DNA of 32,128 nucleotides from Draconibacterium orientale. Its GTDB lineage: Bacteria; Bacteroidota; Bacteroidia; Bacteroidales; JAADGE01. The notes under the pieces were generated by a model, which made no database searches, was not told the origin of the DNA, and saw nothing but the letters and a program-made list of their open reading frames with translations. The stretch spans positions 1-32,128 of the forward strand of contig DYSM01000002.1 in the NCBI GenBank assembly GCA_020718265.1, read 5' to 3'. The number at the start of each line of letters is the position of its first letter. The first letter of the stretch is position 1. Of the stretch, positions 9,682 to 18,775 are shown in pieces. The position numbers and the translations under genes were made by a program.

Positions 9682-10812
9682 ATGAAAATTTGGTTTTTCG
9701 TATTATTTTTGGTTTTTAATTTGTATGTTTCGGGACAAACTTCGGAACAAAAGGCGTATGAAAATGCGAAAAAGGAGTTAGCCAAAATTAATAAGAAAAG
9801 TTTATCGGCAGAAGCTTTACTGAATGTTTACAAAAGCGAGATTGAAACTGAAAATCAGTATATTGAACATTTATCTTCAAAAATTGAACTTTTGGAGGAC
9901 GAACAAGAGTCTCTTCAAGCTGAATACGATGAATTAAGTAAAAAACTCTCGGCTCAACGCAAACAATACGCTGATTTATTGTACTTTGCATACAAAACTC
10001 GCCATGCGCGTCAGGCTGCTGCATATTTTTGGGCTGCGGCAGATTACAATTCTGCTTATCGACGTTTTATTTACGTTCATTTTCTTGCCGATTTTATCAG
10101 GGCTTCAACCCAACAAATAAAATCTTTGGCTGACAGAGTGCAGTTAAGGCAACAGGAAATTTCGGAAAACATCAAGCAAGTAACAGAATTAACGGAAGGG
10201 CGTGCTGACAAAATGATAGGTCTGCAAGAAAAAATTTCTAAGCAAAAGAATTATACATCAACGCTTTCCAAACAAAAAAAGAAACTTGCCGCAGAAGTTG
10301 CCGAGAAAAAACGCAAAGCGGATGCGTTGCGAAAATCTGTTCAAAAAACAATTGTTTCTTCTTCAAAAACGACGAGCAAGCAACCAAATGTAAAATCGAA
10401 TACAGCTTTTTCTAAACTAAAAGGACGGCTGACTCCGCCGGTAAACGGCGTAATTACGTCCACGTTCGGTGAACACAAACATTCTGTGCTCGAATATGTT
10501 ACAACAAGAAACGACGGTTTGGAATTTACGGTTTCTTCGGAATCCAATGTTGCGGTTGTTGCCGACGGCGTTGTGGCGACCGTGCTCACAATTCCGGGTG
10601 CAAATACCGCAATCATTGTGAAACATGAAGATTTTTATACCGTTTACTCAAACATGGTAAAATTGAATGTGAAACAAGGACAAACCCTTAAACCAGGGCA
10701 GTTGCTCGGAAAAGTGTTTTATAAATCCGGCGCGCCCGATTCGGGAGTTTTTAATTTTCAAATTTGGCACGGAAACGAAAAATTGAACCCTCAGGCGTGG
10801 CTTACAAAGTAA
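9682..10812 (+). CDS. EnvC-like murein hydrolase activator (coiled coil plus degenerate LytM/M23 domain)
   Basis: 376 aa: signal peptide, then about 200 aa of heptad-rich coiled coil, then a C-terminal M23 fold. Catalytic positions are substituted: HxGxD becomes NDGLE, Y-x-H-L becomes YSNM, and HLHFE becomes VFNFQ. This is the degenerate LytM pattern of EnvC/NlpD-type activators. Confidence 0.8.
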   Translation: MKIWFFVLFLVFNLYVSGQTSEQKAYENAKKELAKINKKSLSAEALLNVYKSEIETENQYIEHLSSKIELLEDEQESLQAEYDELSKKLSAQRKQYADLLYFAYKTRHARQAAAYFWAAADYNSAYRRFIYVHFLADFIRASTQQIKSLADRVQLRQQEISENIKQVTELTEGRADKMIGLQEKISKQKNYTSTLSKQKKKLAAEVAEKKRKADALRKSVQKTIVSSSKTTSKQPNVKSNTAFSKLKGRLTPPVNGVITSTFGEHKHSVLEYVTTRNDGLEFTVSSESNVAVVADGVVATVLTIPGANTAIIVKHEDFYTVYSNMVKLNVKQGQTLKPGQLLGKVFYKSGAPDSGVFNFQIWHGNEKLNPQAWLTK

Positions 10813-10860
10813 CGCTGTGGAATTTTTTACAAATTTCATCTGTATAAAAAATCGACAAAC

Positions 10861-13800
10861 ATGGACGCATATAATCAACTTATCGGACGGCTGGATGCTT
10901 TTATCCGAAAATATTACAAAAACCGCTTGCTTAAAGGCACATTGTGGTCGTTTGGCGTTTTGGTCTTCGCGTATTTGTTTTTTGTTTTGGCAGAATATTT
11001 TGGGCATTTCACGGTAAGTGTTCGCACGTTTTTTTATTATGCCTTTGCGGCAATTTTGCTCGGAACGCTCTCTGTGTATGTGCTTTATCCGACTTTGAAA
11101 CTTCTGAATATAGGCAAACGCATTTCATACAAACAAGCTTCGGACATCATTCGCGGACATTTTCCCGACATCAAAGATAAAATACAAAATGCCTTGGAAC
11201 TTTACGAACAAAACCGGAAACGCGATGCTGCCGATGTTTTAATTTTGGCTGCCGTGAATCAAAAAATAGACGACACTCAACTTTTTCCGTTCAAACGAGC
11301 CGTAAATTACAAGGAAAATTTGAAATATTTACGCTTTGTTTTACCTCTTTTACTTTTACTGATTGGAATTTGGGCATTTTCGCCGTCTGTAATCAACGAT
11401 GGTACAGCGCGCATTATGAATTATGATAAAACCTACGAAAAGCCGGCTCCGTTTGTTTTTCAACTCTTAAACGACACTTTGACGGTTAAGAAAGGCGCAG
11501 ATGTCGAACTCGTTGTACAAACTGTCGGGGATGTTATACCGAATGAAGTGTTTATCGAATTTGCAGGCACAACTTTTTTGATGCAAAAAGACAAAACTCA
11601 ACGCTCAAAATTTTCGTATAAAATAAAAAACCTGAATAACTCTCTTGCATTTAATTTTCAGGCAGATAAATTTACGTCCGGACAATATGATTTGTCGGTG
11701 CTGCCCGCGCCGGTTTTGTTAAAATTTGATATCATTGCCGAAGTTCCGGATTACACCGGCGAGGCGGATTTTACACTTTCGAACACCGGCGATTTGTCGG
11801 TTCCGCAAGGTACAAAGTTGAAATGGGTTTTTCATGCAAAAGATGTTGATAATCTGTTTTTTATATCAGACAAAAGTCTTCAGCTCATAAAATCGGAAAA
11901 TGTGTTCGGATACGCGCAAGTTGCACAACGCGATTTTAATTACACGCTTCGTCTTCAAAATTCTAATTTTACAGACGATATTGGCGTAAACTACTCTGTT
12001 GCTGTGCGTCCCGATTTACATCCGGCAATAAATGTTACTGATGTTCAGGATACAGCAAATTTCTTTTTACATTATTTTTCAGGTAAAGTAGCTGACGATT
12101 ACGGACTTACAAAACTTTCATTTAATTACAGAGTTGTAAAAAAATCGACTTCTGCCGACGATAAGCGCGTGCCGTTTAAATCGGACGCTATTCCGTTGGC
12201 TGCCGGACAGGTTGCCAACCAAGAATTTTACCATTTGTTCGATTTTGCTTCTCTCGAATTATCTGACAATCAAGAAATTCAGTATTATTTTGAAGTTTGG
12301 GATAACGATGCCGTAAACGGACGTAAATCTGCAAAATCATCTGTCAATTCGTTTGTAATTCCTTCTATATCAGAAATTAATGACTTGAAAGATTTGGCTT
12401 CCGAAAATATTCAATCCAAGATGGAAACCGCTCAAAAGCTTTCCAAAGAAATCCAATCTGATTTTCAAAAATTGCAAGAAAAAAACATGAACGGCTCAGT
12501 TTCCGAGTGGGAAAATACTCAAATGCTCAAAAGTATTTCGGATAAGCATCAAATGATGCAACAACTTATGCAAGAAGCTGTTAAAGAAAATCAAGCTAAA
12601 AATGAACTTGAGAAAAACTTTACGGAACAAGACGAAGAAATGCTTGCAAAACAAGAAATGATTGAGAAACTTATGGAGGAATTGATGACCGATGAGATGA
12701 AAAAACTCATGGAAGAATTACAACAACTTCAGGAACAATTTAATCAAGAGCAAATGCAGGAACTGCTTCAAGACCAGAAACTTGAAATGGACAAAATGAA
12801 CGAGCAGTTGGACAGAAATATGGAGTTACTCAAGCGTTTTGAAGTGGAACAAAAGATGGAAAATACAGTTTCCGAACTTGAGAAACTTGCCGCAGAAATG
12901 GAAAAATTATCGGAACAAACGGATGATAAAAAATCCGATATGAAAGAAAATGCCGAGAAGCAAGCCGCACTCGAAAAACGTTTTGAAGAAGCAAAACAGG
13001 AAATGGAAAAAGCGTCTGAACTTAATAAAGAGTTGGAAAAACCGATGGATGTTCCGGAAATGAATGAAGAATTTGAACAAATCGAAAAAGAATTTGACCA
13101 ATCCGAACAAAATATGAACGAGGGCAAACGCAGCAAAGCGTCCGAATCGCAAAAGAAAAATGCCGGTAACATGAAAAAAGCTGCGCAAAAAATGCAAAAT
13201 TCTATGGATGCAGCTTCAAAAGAGCAAGAAGGCGAAGATACCGAAGCGCTCCGTCAACTCGTTGATAATTTGATAACGTTTTCGTTTGAACAAGAAGCTC
13301 TGAATAACAAATTTTCAGGCATTAATCACAAAAATCCGCAATACATTGAATTGACTTCGCAGCAAATCGGGCTTTCCGATGAGTTCAAACATATTGACGA
13401 TTCTTTGAAAACTTTGGCAAAGCGCGTGCCGCAAATCAGCTCGAAATTGCAGTCGGAAGGTGCGGCGATTAAGGATGCTGTTTCGCAAACCATTACGTTT
13501 TTGGAAGACAGAAACTTGACAACTGCGCGAAATATGCAACGCAAAACTATGACTTCGGCGAACAATTTAGCTTTACTTCTATCTGAAGTTTTGAACCAAA
13601 TGCAAGATGCTCAAAGCTCAGGAAGCGGAAGCGGACAAAGCCAAAGCAAAAAGAAAAAGAAAGACGGCAAACAAGAAGGTTTTGAAACTATGAAGCAAAT
13701 GCAGGAACGCATGAAAGGCGAAATGGAACAAATGATGCAGCAGATGAAAGATGGCAAATTGGACAAAAATGCGCAAAATAAAAAGCTCGCTCAGATGTTG

Positions 13801-14196
13801 GCACAACAAGAAATTTTCCGTCAAATGATGCAGGAAATGCGCTCGAAGCAATCGCTAAATCCGGAAACCCAAAAACTTTTGAATGAAATAAATAAACTTT
13901 CTGACAAAGTAGAAGAAGATTTGGTAAACAAACGAATTACGCCAGAACTTATCGAACGCCAAAAAATGATTACAACCAGACTTTTGGAGGCTGAAAAAGC
14001 TGAAAATCAGCGCGAAACTGAAAAGAAACGAGAGTCGAATACTGCAGACGAAAAAAAATATACTTCACCCGAAGATTATTTTAAAAAGAATAAGCAGAAT
14101 CAAAACATGCGCGAAAGTTTGTATCGTAACAAAGTGATGTTGAATCGCTTTTACGAAAATTTGAACAATAAATATTCGGAGGATATTCAAAAATAA
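10861..14196 (+). CDS. Giant membrane-anchored coiled-coil protein, DUF4175-like
   Basis: 1111 aa. N-terminal TM helices (WSFGVLVFAYLFFVLAEYF, FFYYAFAAILLGTLSVYVLY, a third near LPLLLLLIGIWAF), a beta-rich middle part, then about 600 aa of extremely E/K/Q/M-rich helix. The family call is from memory of the architecture. Confidence 0.6.
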   Translation: MDAYNQLIGRLDAFIRKYYKNRLLKGTLWSFGVLVFAYLFFVLAEYFGHFTVSVRTFFYYAFAAILLGTLSVYVLYPTLKLLNIGKRISYKQASDIIRGHFPDIKDKIQNALELYEQNRKRDAADVLILAAVNQKIDDTQLFPFKRAVNYKENLKYLRFVLPLLLLLIGIWAFSPSVINDGTARIMNYDKTYEKPAPFVFQLLNDTLTVKKGADVELVVQTVGDVIPNEVFIEFAGTTFLMQKDKTQRSKFSYKIKNLNNSLAFNFQADKFTSGQYDLSVLPAPVLLKFDIIAEVPDYTGEADFTLSNTGDLSVPQGTKLKWVFHAKDVDNLFFISDKSLQLIKSENVFGYAQVAQRDFNYTLRLQNSNFTDDIGVNYSVAVRPDLHPAINVTDVQDTANFFLHYFSGKVADDYGLTKLSFNYRVVKKSTSADDKRVPFKSDAIPLAAGQVANQEFYHLFDFASLELSDNQEIQYYFEVWDNDAVNGRKSAKSSVNSFVIPSISEINDLKDLASENIQSKMETAQKLSKEIQSDFQKLQEKNMNGSVSEWENTQMLKSISDKHQMMQQLMQEAVKENQAKNELEKNFTEQDEEMLAKQEMIEKLMEELMTDEMKKLMEELQQLQEQFNQEQMQELLQDQKLEMDKMNEQLDRNMELLKRFEVEQKMENTVSELEKLAAEMEKLSEQTDDKKSDMKENAEKQAALEKRFEEAKQEMEKASELNKELEKPMDVPEMNEEFEQIEKEFDQSEQNMNEGKRSKASESQKKNAGNMKKAAQKMQNSMDAASKEQEGEDTEALRQLVDNLITFSFEQEALNNKFSGINHKNPQYIELTSQQIGLSDEFKHIDDSLKTLAKRVPQISSKLQSEGAAIKDAVSQTITFLEDRNLTTARNMQRKTMTSANNLALLLSEVLNQMQDAQSSGSGSGQSQSKKKKKDGKQEGFETMKQMQERMKGEMEQMMQQMKDGKLDKNAQNKKLAQMLAQQEIFRQMMQEMRSKQSLNPETQKLLNEINKLSDKVEEDLVNKRITPELIERQKMITTRLLEAEKAENQRETEKKRESNTADEKKYTSPEDYFKKNKQNQNMRESLYRNKVMLNRFYENLNNKYSEDIQK

Positions 14197-14637
14197 ATGG
14201 AAACTGTCGATAATCGAGTCAATTTTTTTACAGAAGATTGTATTTTTTTGTTTGAATTTTCACATCAAATTCCTGATGTTTTGAACCAAATTTCATTGAA
14301 TGAGAACGTTGAAATAGGTCGTATTAACTATATTTTTTGTTCCGATGCGTTTCTTTTGGAGAAGAATAAACAGTTTTTAAATCACGATTATTTCACGGAT
14401 GTAATCACCTTCGATTATTCGGATGAAGATTCGATTTCAGGTGACATTTTTATCAGTATTGATAACGTTACAGCTAATTCACAAGTGTATAACGTTACTT
14501 TTGAAAATGAACTTTTTCGAGTGATGATTCACGGCGCGCTTCACCTTGTAGGCTACGGTGATTCCGATGAAGAGGAGCAAAAAATAATGCGTTCAAAAGA
14601 AGATTTTTATTTAAGTAAACTTTTAATTTCTAAGTAA
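14197..14637 (+). CDS. ybeY: rRNA maturation endoribonuclease YbeY
   Basis: 146 aa. Metal-binding motif HGALHLVGYGD, plus the conserved INYIFCSD and DVITFDY blocks. ATG abuts the upstream stop (TAAATG). Confidence 0.9.
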   Translation: METVDNRVNFFTEDCIFLFEFSHQIPDVLNQISLNENVEIGRINYIFCSDAFLLEKNKQFLNHDYFTDVITFDYSDEDSISGDIFISIDNVTANSQVYNVTFENELFRVMIHGALHLVGYGDSDEEEQKIMRSKEDFYLSKLLISK

Positions 14638-14642
14638 AATTA

Positions 14643-16517
14643 ATGGAAGAATTCTATGATATAATTGTAATCGGAGCCGGACACGCAGGTTGCGAAGCCG
14701 CTGCCGCAGCTGCAAATTTGGGCGGAAAAACGCTGTTGATTACAATGGATATGACTAAATTTGCACAAATGTCATGCAATCCGGCTGTTGGCGGAATAGC
14801 AAAAGGTCAAATCGTGCGCGAAATTGATGCGCTCGGCGGCTACATGGGCATTGTTACAGACCGAACTGCGATACAATTTCGGATGTTAAATCGCTCAAAA
14901 GGTCCGGCAATGTGGAGTCCGCGCGCGCAATCTGACCGAATGGCTTTTTCTGCCGAATGGCGCAAAATGTTAGAAAATACTCCAAACGTTTCGTTCTGGC
15001 AAGATACCGCTACAGACATTTTTATTGAAAACATGACCTCAACCGGCGTAAAAACTGCAATGGGAATGAACTTTCGAGCAAAGAAAATTATACTCACAGC
15101 CGGAACATTTTTGAACGGATTAATGCACGTCGGCAGCAACAAATTGCAGGGTGGGAGAGCGGGCGATGCTCCTTCTGTCGGACTTTCCGATGTTTTGAAA
15201 CAAAACGGAGTGCCTACTCTTCGTATGAAAACCGGAACCCCCGCACGCTTGGACGGACGAACGATTGATTTTTCGGTGCTTGAAGAACAGCCCGGCGATA
15301 CCGAACCTGTAAAATTTTCATTTTTACCACACAAAACGCCTGTTTTAGGACAAAGAAGTTGCTTCATCACATACACAAATTTGGATGTTCATGCACATTT
15401 AAAAACCGGATTTGAGTTTTCGCCGCTTTTTAACGGCACAATCAAAGGTGTCGGACCGCGTTACTGCCCGAGCATCGAAGATAAATTAGTTACATTTTCA
15501 GAACGCGATTCGCATCATTTGTTTTTAGAACCCGAAGGCGAAGATACTGAGGAGTATTACATAAACGGATTTTCTTCGAGTTTACCGTTGGACGTTCAAT
15601 ATAATGCACTGCGAAAAATCAAAGGGTTAGAAAACGTAAAAATATTTCGACCGGGTTATGCGATTGAATATGATTATTTCGACCCTCAATTTCTTCATAA
15701 AACCTTAGAATCTAAAGTTATTTCTAACTTATATTTTGCAGGACAGGTAAACGGAACCACAGGTTACGAAGAAGCCGGCGCGCAAGGCTTGATGGCAGGA
15801 ATAAATGCACAGCTCTCTGTTTTGGGCAAAGAATCCTTTATTCTTGGACGTGACGAGGCGTATATCGGAGTTCTAATTGACGATTTAATCACAAAAGGCG
15901 TTGATGAACCATACCGCATGTTTACATCGCGAGCCGAATTTCGCCTCTTGCTTCGACAAGATAATGCCGATATGCGTCTTACAGAAAAGGCTTATCGTAT
16001 CGGGTTAGCAAACCAATATCGTTATGATTTGATGACTCAAAAAAGAATTTTTATTCAAAATGTAATCGAATATTTTAGAGCAACCAGCGTAACGCCGGAC
16101 GAAATAAATAGTATTCTTATTTCAAAAGAAACAAATCCGCTACGTCAAAAAACGAAACTTTTATTGATTTTAATGCGCCCGCAAATTTCTATTTTTGATT
16201 TAATTCCGACTCTTCAACCATTAAATGAGATGTTTGAGACATTTGGAGCGAGTGGGGTAGAGGTTATGGAATCGGCAGAAATTGAAATGAAATACGAAGG
16301 TTATATTCAACGAGAAAAGGATAATGCCGATAAATTACACAGGCTCGAATATGTGAAGATTCCTGAAACTTTTGATTATTCTCGTTTGCAATCCTTATCT
16401 ACAGAAGCTGTCCAAAAATTATCAAAATTTAAACCCACAACAGTCGGCGAAGCAAGTCGCATTTCAGGTGTTTCGCCTTCGGATGTAAATGTTTTGCTTG
16501 TGTTCTTGGGTAGATAA
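14643..16517 (+). CDS. mnmG: tRNA uridine 5-carboxymethylaminomethyl modification enzyme MnmG (GidA)
   Basis: 624 aa. FAD motif DIIVIGAGHAGCEAA, CNPAVGGIAKGQIVREIDALGG, GPRYCPSIEDK, and GQVNGTTGYEEAGAQG. Full length and unmistakable. Confidence 0.97.
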   Translation: MEEFYDIIVIGAGHAGCEAAAAAANLGGKTLLITMDMTKFAQMSCNPAVGGIAKGQIVREIDALGGYMGIVTDRTAIQFRMLNRSKGPAMWSPRAQSDRMAFSAEWRKMLENTPNVSFWQDTATDIFIENMTSTGVKTAMGMNFRAKKIILTAGTFLNGLMHVGSNKLQGGRAGDAPSVGLSDVLKQNGVPTLRMKTGTPARLDGRTIDFSVLEEQPGDTEPVKFSFLPHKTPVLGQRSCFITYTNLDVHAHLKTGFEFSPLFNGTIKGVGPRYCPSIEDKLVTFSERDSHHLFLEPEGEDTEEYYINGFSSSLPLDVQYNALRKIKGLENVKIFRPGYAIEYDYFDPQFLHKTLESKVISNLYFAGQVNGTTGYEEAGAQGLMAGINAQLSVLGKESFILGRDEAYIGVLIDDLITKGVDEPYRMFTSRAEFRLLLRQDNADMRLTEKAYRIGLANQYRYDLMTQKRIFIQNVIEYFRATSVTPDEINSILISKETNPLRQKTKLLLILMRPQISIFDLIPTLQPLNEMFETFGASGVEVMESAEIEMKYEGYIQREKDNADKLHRLEYVKIPETFDYSRLQSLSTEAVQKLSKFKPTTVGEASRISGVSPSDVNVLLVFLGR

Positions 16518-16533
16518 TGTTCCACGTGGAACA
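16518..16533. promoter_or_regulatory. parS (ParB-binding centromere-like site), perfect palindrome TGTTCCACGTGGAACA
   Basis: 16-bp perfect palindrome with one mismatch to the B. subtilis-type consensus TGTTNCACGTGAAACA. The palindrome extends to 20 bp (AATGTTCCACGTGGAACATT, 16516-16535) and begins inside the mnmG stop codon. Confidence 0.7.
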
Positions 16534-16760
16534 TTGCTGTAACTTGTTGGTGTTGAGTGGTTTGAATAAAAATATATTTTCGTGGAGTCGTTTTTTTTAT
16601 GTATTAATTCGCTAATCTTGAAGATTGTAAGTGTAAAAGTCATGTTTAAGTGTTTGTCTTGGAATTTGTGAATTTTGAGATTACTTGTATGTGTTTATAT
16701 GTGAAAATGCTATGACGTTGTTTTTTATTTAACTATTTGTTTTTTAAGGCTTTACCGCGT

Positions 16761-16776
16761 TGTTCCACGTGGAACA
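16761..16776. promoter_or_regulatory. parS (ParB-binding centromere-like site), second identical copy
   Basis: Identical TGTTCCACGTGGAACA, ending 5 bp upstream of the uvrC ATG (16781), centre-to-centre 243 bp from the first copy. Translating through it yields the spurious MFHVEHF N-terminal extension in the ORF track. Confidence 0.7.
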
Positions 16777-16780
16777 TTTT

Positions 16781-18613
16781 ATGAAAAATACTCACGAAAA
16801 TAAAATAGAATTATTGAAACGTGTTGCTCTGGATTTACCGGAGCTTCCGGGTGTGTATCGGTTTTACGATAAAGAACAAGAGATAATTTACGTAGGAAAA
16901 GCGAAACGATTAAAACAACGTGTGTCTTCTTATTTTAATAAAACTCAGGACAGAACAAAGGTTGTGATAATGGTTCGGCAAATAGAATCTATCCAATTTA
17001 CGGTTGTAGAAACCGAAACCGATGCCCTGCTTTTAGAAAATAATTTGATAAAAAAACATCAGCCGCGTTACAATGTAATGCTTAAAGATGACAAAAGCTA
17101 TCCGTGGATTTGTATAAAAAACGAACCTTTCCCTCGTGTTTTTCAAACTCGAAACGTGATAAAAGACGGTTCAAAATATTACGGACCTTACACAAGTATT
17201 TATCTGGTGCGTGTGCTCATGGAGCTTTTTAAGAAGCTTTTTACCTTGCGGACATGTAAATTCGCACTCACAGAATCCAATATTTCGCAAGCCAAATTTC
17301 AAGTTTGTTTGGAATATCATATCAAAAATTGCAACGCTCCGTGTATCGGACTTCAATCCGAAGTGGATTATGCACTTCAAATTAGTCAAATTGAAAACAT
17401 TCTGAATGGTCATTTTGTGTCCGTGAAAGCGTATTTAACAAAAATGATGAATGAATATGCAGCAAATTTAAACTTTGAAAACGCTCAAATAGTAAAGGAT
17501 AAACTCGCAGTTTTGGAAAATTATCAAAGTAAATCGACAGTTGTAAGCCCTACCGTAACAAATGTAGATGTGTTTTCCATAACCTCCGACGACGATTTTG
17601 CTTATGTCAATATGCTTAAAATTGTGGACGGCGCGATTATTCAAGTTCATACCGCTGAATTTAAAAAGCGATTGGACGAAACGGAAGCAGAAGTTTTGCC
17701 GATTGCAATGACAGAAATTATCAAAAATCGGATGAATTCATATACGGCAGCGTCGGAATTTGTTGTTCCGTTTGAGGTCGATTTTTTGTATGAGAAGGTG
17801 AAAATTACCGTTCCGAAGATAGGAGATAAGAAAAAACTACTTGAATTATCGCAGAAAAATGTCAAATATTTCATGCTCGAAAAACATAAAGAACGTTCTT
17901 TAGTTGACCCCGACCGACACAAAAAACGCATTTTGGAAACCATGAAAACCGATTTGCATCTCGCCGAATTGCCCGTGCATATTGAGTGTTTTGATAATTC
18001 AAATATTCAGGGTACAAACCCTGTTGCTGCTTGTGTGGTGTTCAAAGATGCCAAGCCGAGCAAGAAAGATTATCGGAAATTCAATATAAAAACGGTTGTC
18101 GGACCCGACGATTTTGCTTCCATGCGTGAAATTATTCATCGCAGATACAAGCGACTTTCTGAGGAAAATGAATCGTTGCCACAATTAATTATCATCGACG
18201 GTGGGAAAGGACAGCTCAGTGCTGCGGTTGAAAGTTTGAAAGAATTGGGGCTTTACGGTAAAATAGCGATTATAGGAATAGCAAAACGATTGGAAGAAAT
18301 CTTTTTTCCGAGTGACAGTATTCCGCTTTATCTTGATAAAAATTCTGAAACTTTAAAAGTTATTCAACAAGCGCGGAATGAAGCGCACCGATTCGGAATT
18401 ACATTTCACAGAGATAAGCGTTCTAAAAATTTCATTGTTTCGGAATTGGAACAAATTGAAGGTCTCGGACAAAAATCTATTGACAAATTACTCGGAGAAT
18501 TTAAAACAATTCGTGCTATTTCCGAAACTTCTGCCGACGATTTGACGAAAGTCGTAGGTGCTGCTCGTGCGGCTAAAATTTTGGCTTTTTTCGGTAAAAA
18601 TCATACAGATTGA
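16781..18613 (+). CDS. uvrC: Excinuclease ABC subunit UvrC
   Basis: GIY-YIG domain (PGVYRFYD..IIYVGKAKRLKQRVSSYF), UvrBC-interaction region, RNase H-like endonuclease domain, and C-terminal (HhH)2. The start is set at ATG 16781 rather than TTG 16760, which lies inside the parS palindrome. Confidence 0.95.
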   Translation: MKNTHENKIELLKRVALDLPELPGVYRFYDKEQEIIYVGKAKRLKQRVSSYFNKTQDRTKVVIMVRQIESIQFTVVETETDALLLENNLIKKHQPRYNVMLKDDKSYPWICIKNEPFPRVFQTRNVIKDGSKYYGPYTSIYLVRVLMELFKKLFTLRTCKFALTESNISQAKFQVCLEYHIKNCNAPCIGLQSEVDYALQISQIENILNGHFVSVKAYLTKMMNEYAANLNFENAQIVKDKLAVLENYQSKSTVVSPTVTNVDVFSITSDDDFAYVNMLKIVDGAIIQVHTAEFKKRLDETEAEVLPIAMTEIIKNRMNSYTAASEFVVPFEVDFLYEKVKITVPKIGDKKKLLELSQKNVKYFMLEKHKERSLVDPDRHKKRILETMKTDLHLAELPVHIECFDNSNIQGTNPVAACVVFKDAKPSKKDYRKFNIKTVVGPDDFASMREIIHRRYKRLSEENESLPQLIIIDGGKGQLSAAVESLKELGLYGKIAIIGIAKRLEEIFFPSDSIPLYLDKNSETLKVIQQARNEAHRFGITFHRDKRSKNFIVSELEQIEGLGQKSIDKLLGEFKTIRAISETSADDLTKVVGAARAAKILAFFGKNHTD

Positions 18614-18735
18614 GTTTTTTTTTACTGTTCCAAAACACCCACTAATACCGATGATTTTCAATAAAATAGAGTCTTCTGAATTTAAAGTTAAGCCTTTGAG
18701 ATTTTGCTTTAAATTTTATTTGTGTATCTATCCTA

Positions 18736-18775
18736 AGAATAATACACTCTCAAAGTGTTTATTCTGATTTTTTTT
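18736..18775 (+). terminator. Candidate intrinsic terminator about 120 nt downstream of uvrC
   Basis: A 12-bp stem with one bulge (AGAATAAtACACT / AGTGTTTATTCT), a 5-nt loop (CTCAA), then GA plus T8 (18768-18775). The stem is AT-rich, so stability is modest. Confidence 0.4.

Noticed and set aside
10817-11180. Small plus-strand ORFs (66 and 78 aa) overlapping the start of the 1111-aa gene
   Set aside because: They are alternative frames of the same strand across the TM-helix region. The long ORF explains the coding signal.
12768-13197. Two overlapping minus-strand ORFs (134 and 96 aa) inside the coiled-coil region of the 1111-aa gene
   Set aside because: They are the reverse complement of GAA/AAA-rich codons, giving F/S/L-rich low-complexity frames without stops. 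This is an artefact of the sense-strand composition.
13643-13664. A-rich tract AAAGCAAAAAGAAAAAGAAAGA (KKKKK) as a possible slippery or phase-variable site
   Set aside because: The reading frame is continuous on both sides with homogeneous composition. The tract is interrupted by G residues, so it is not a true homopolymer.
14530-14562. YbeY metal motif reads H-x3-H-x5-D (HGALHLVGYGD) instead of the textbook third His
   Set aside because: As far as I recall, the Asp variant is the normal Bacteroidota form of YbeY, so it is probably lineage-typical rather than an inactivating change.
14840-15376. 178-aa ORF antisense to mnmG
   Set aside because: It is a shadow ORF within a highly conserved gene, with no independent signals.
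16760-16780. N-terminal extension MFHVEHF of uvrC from a TTG start
   Set aside because: The extension is simply the translation of the parS palindrome GTTCCACGTGGAAC. ATG 16781 gives a normal UvrC N-terminus.
18558-18767. 69-aa ORF spanning the uvrC 3' end and the downstream spacer
   Set aside because: It overlaps uvrC out of frame, is F/K/I-rich, and ends in the terminator-like hairpin. There is no support as a gene.
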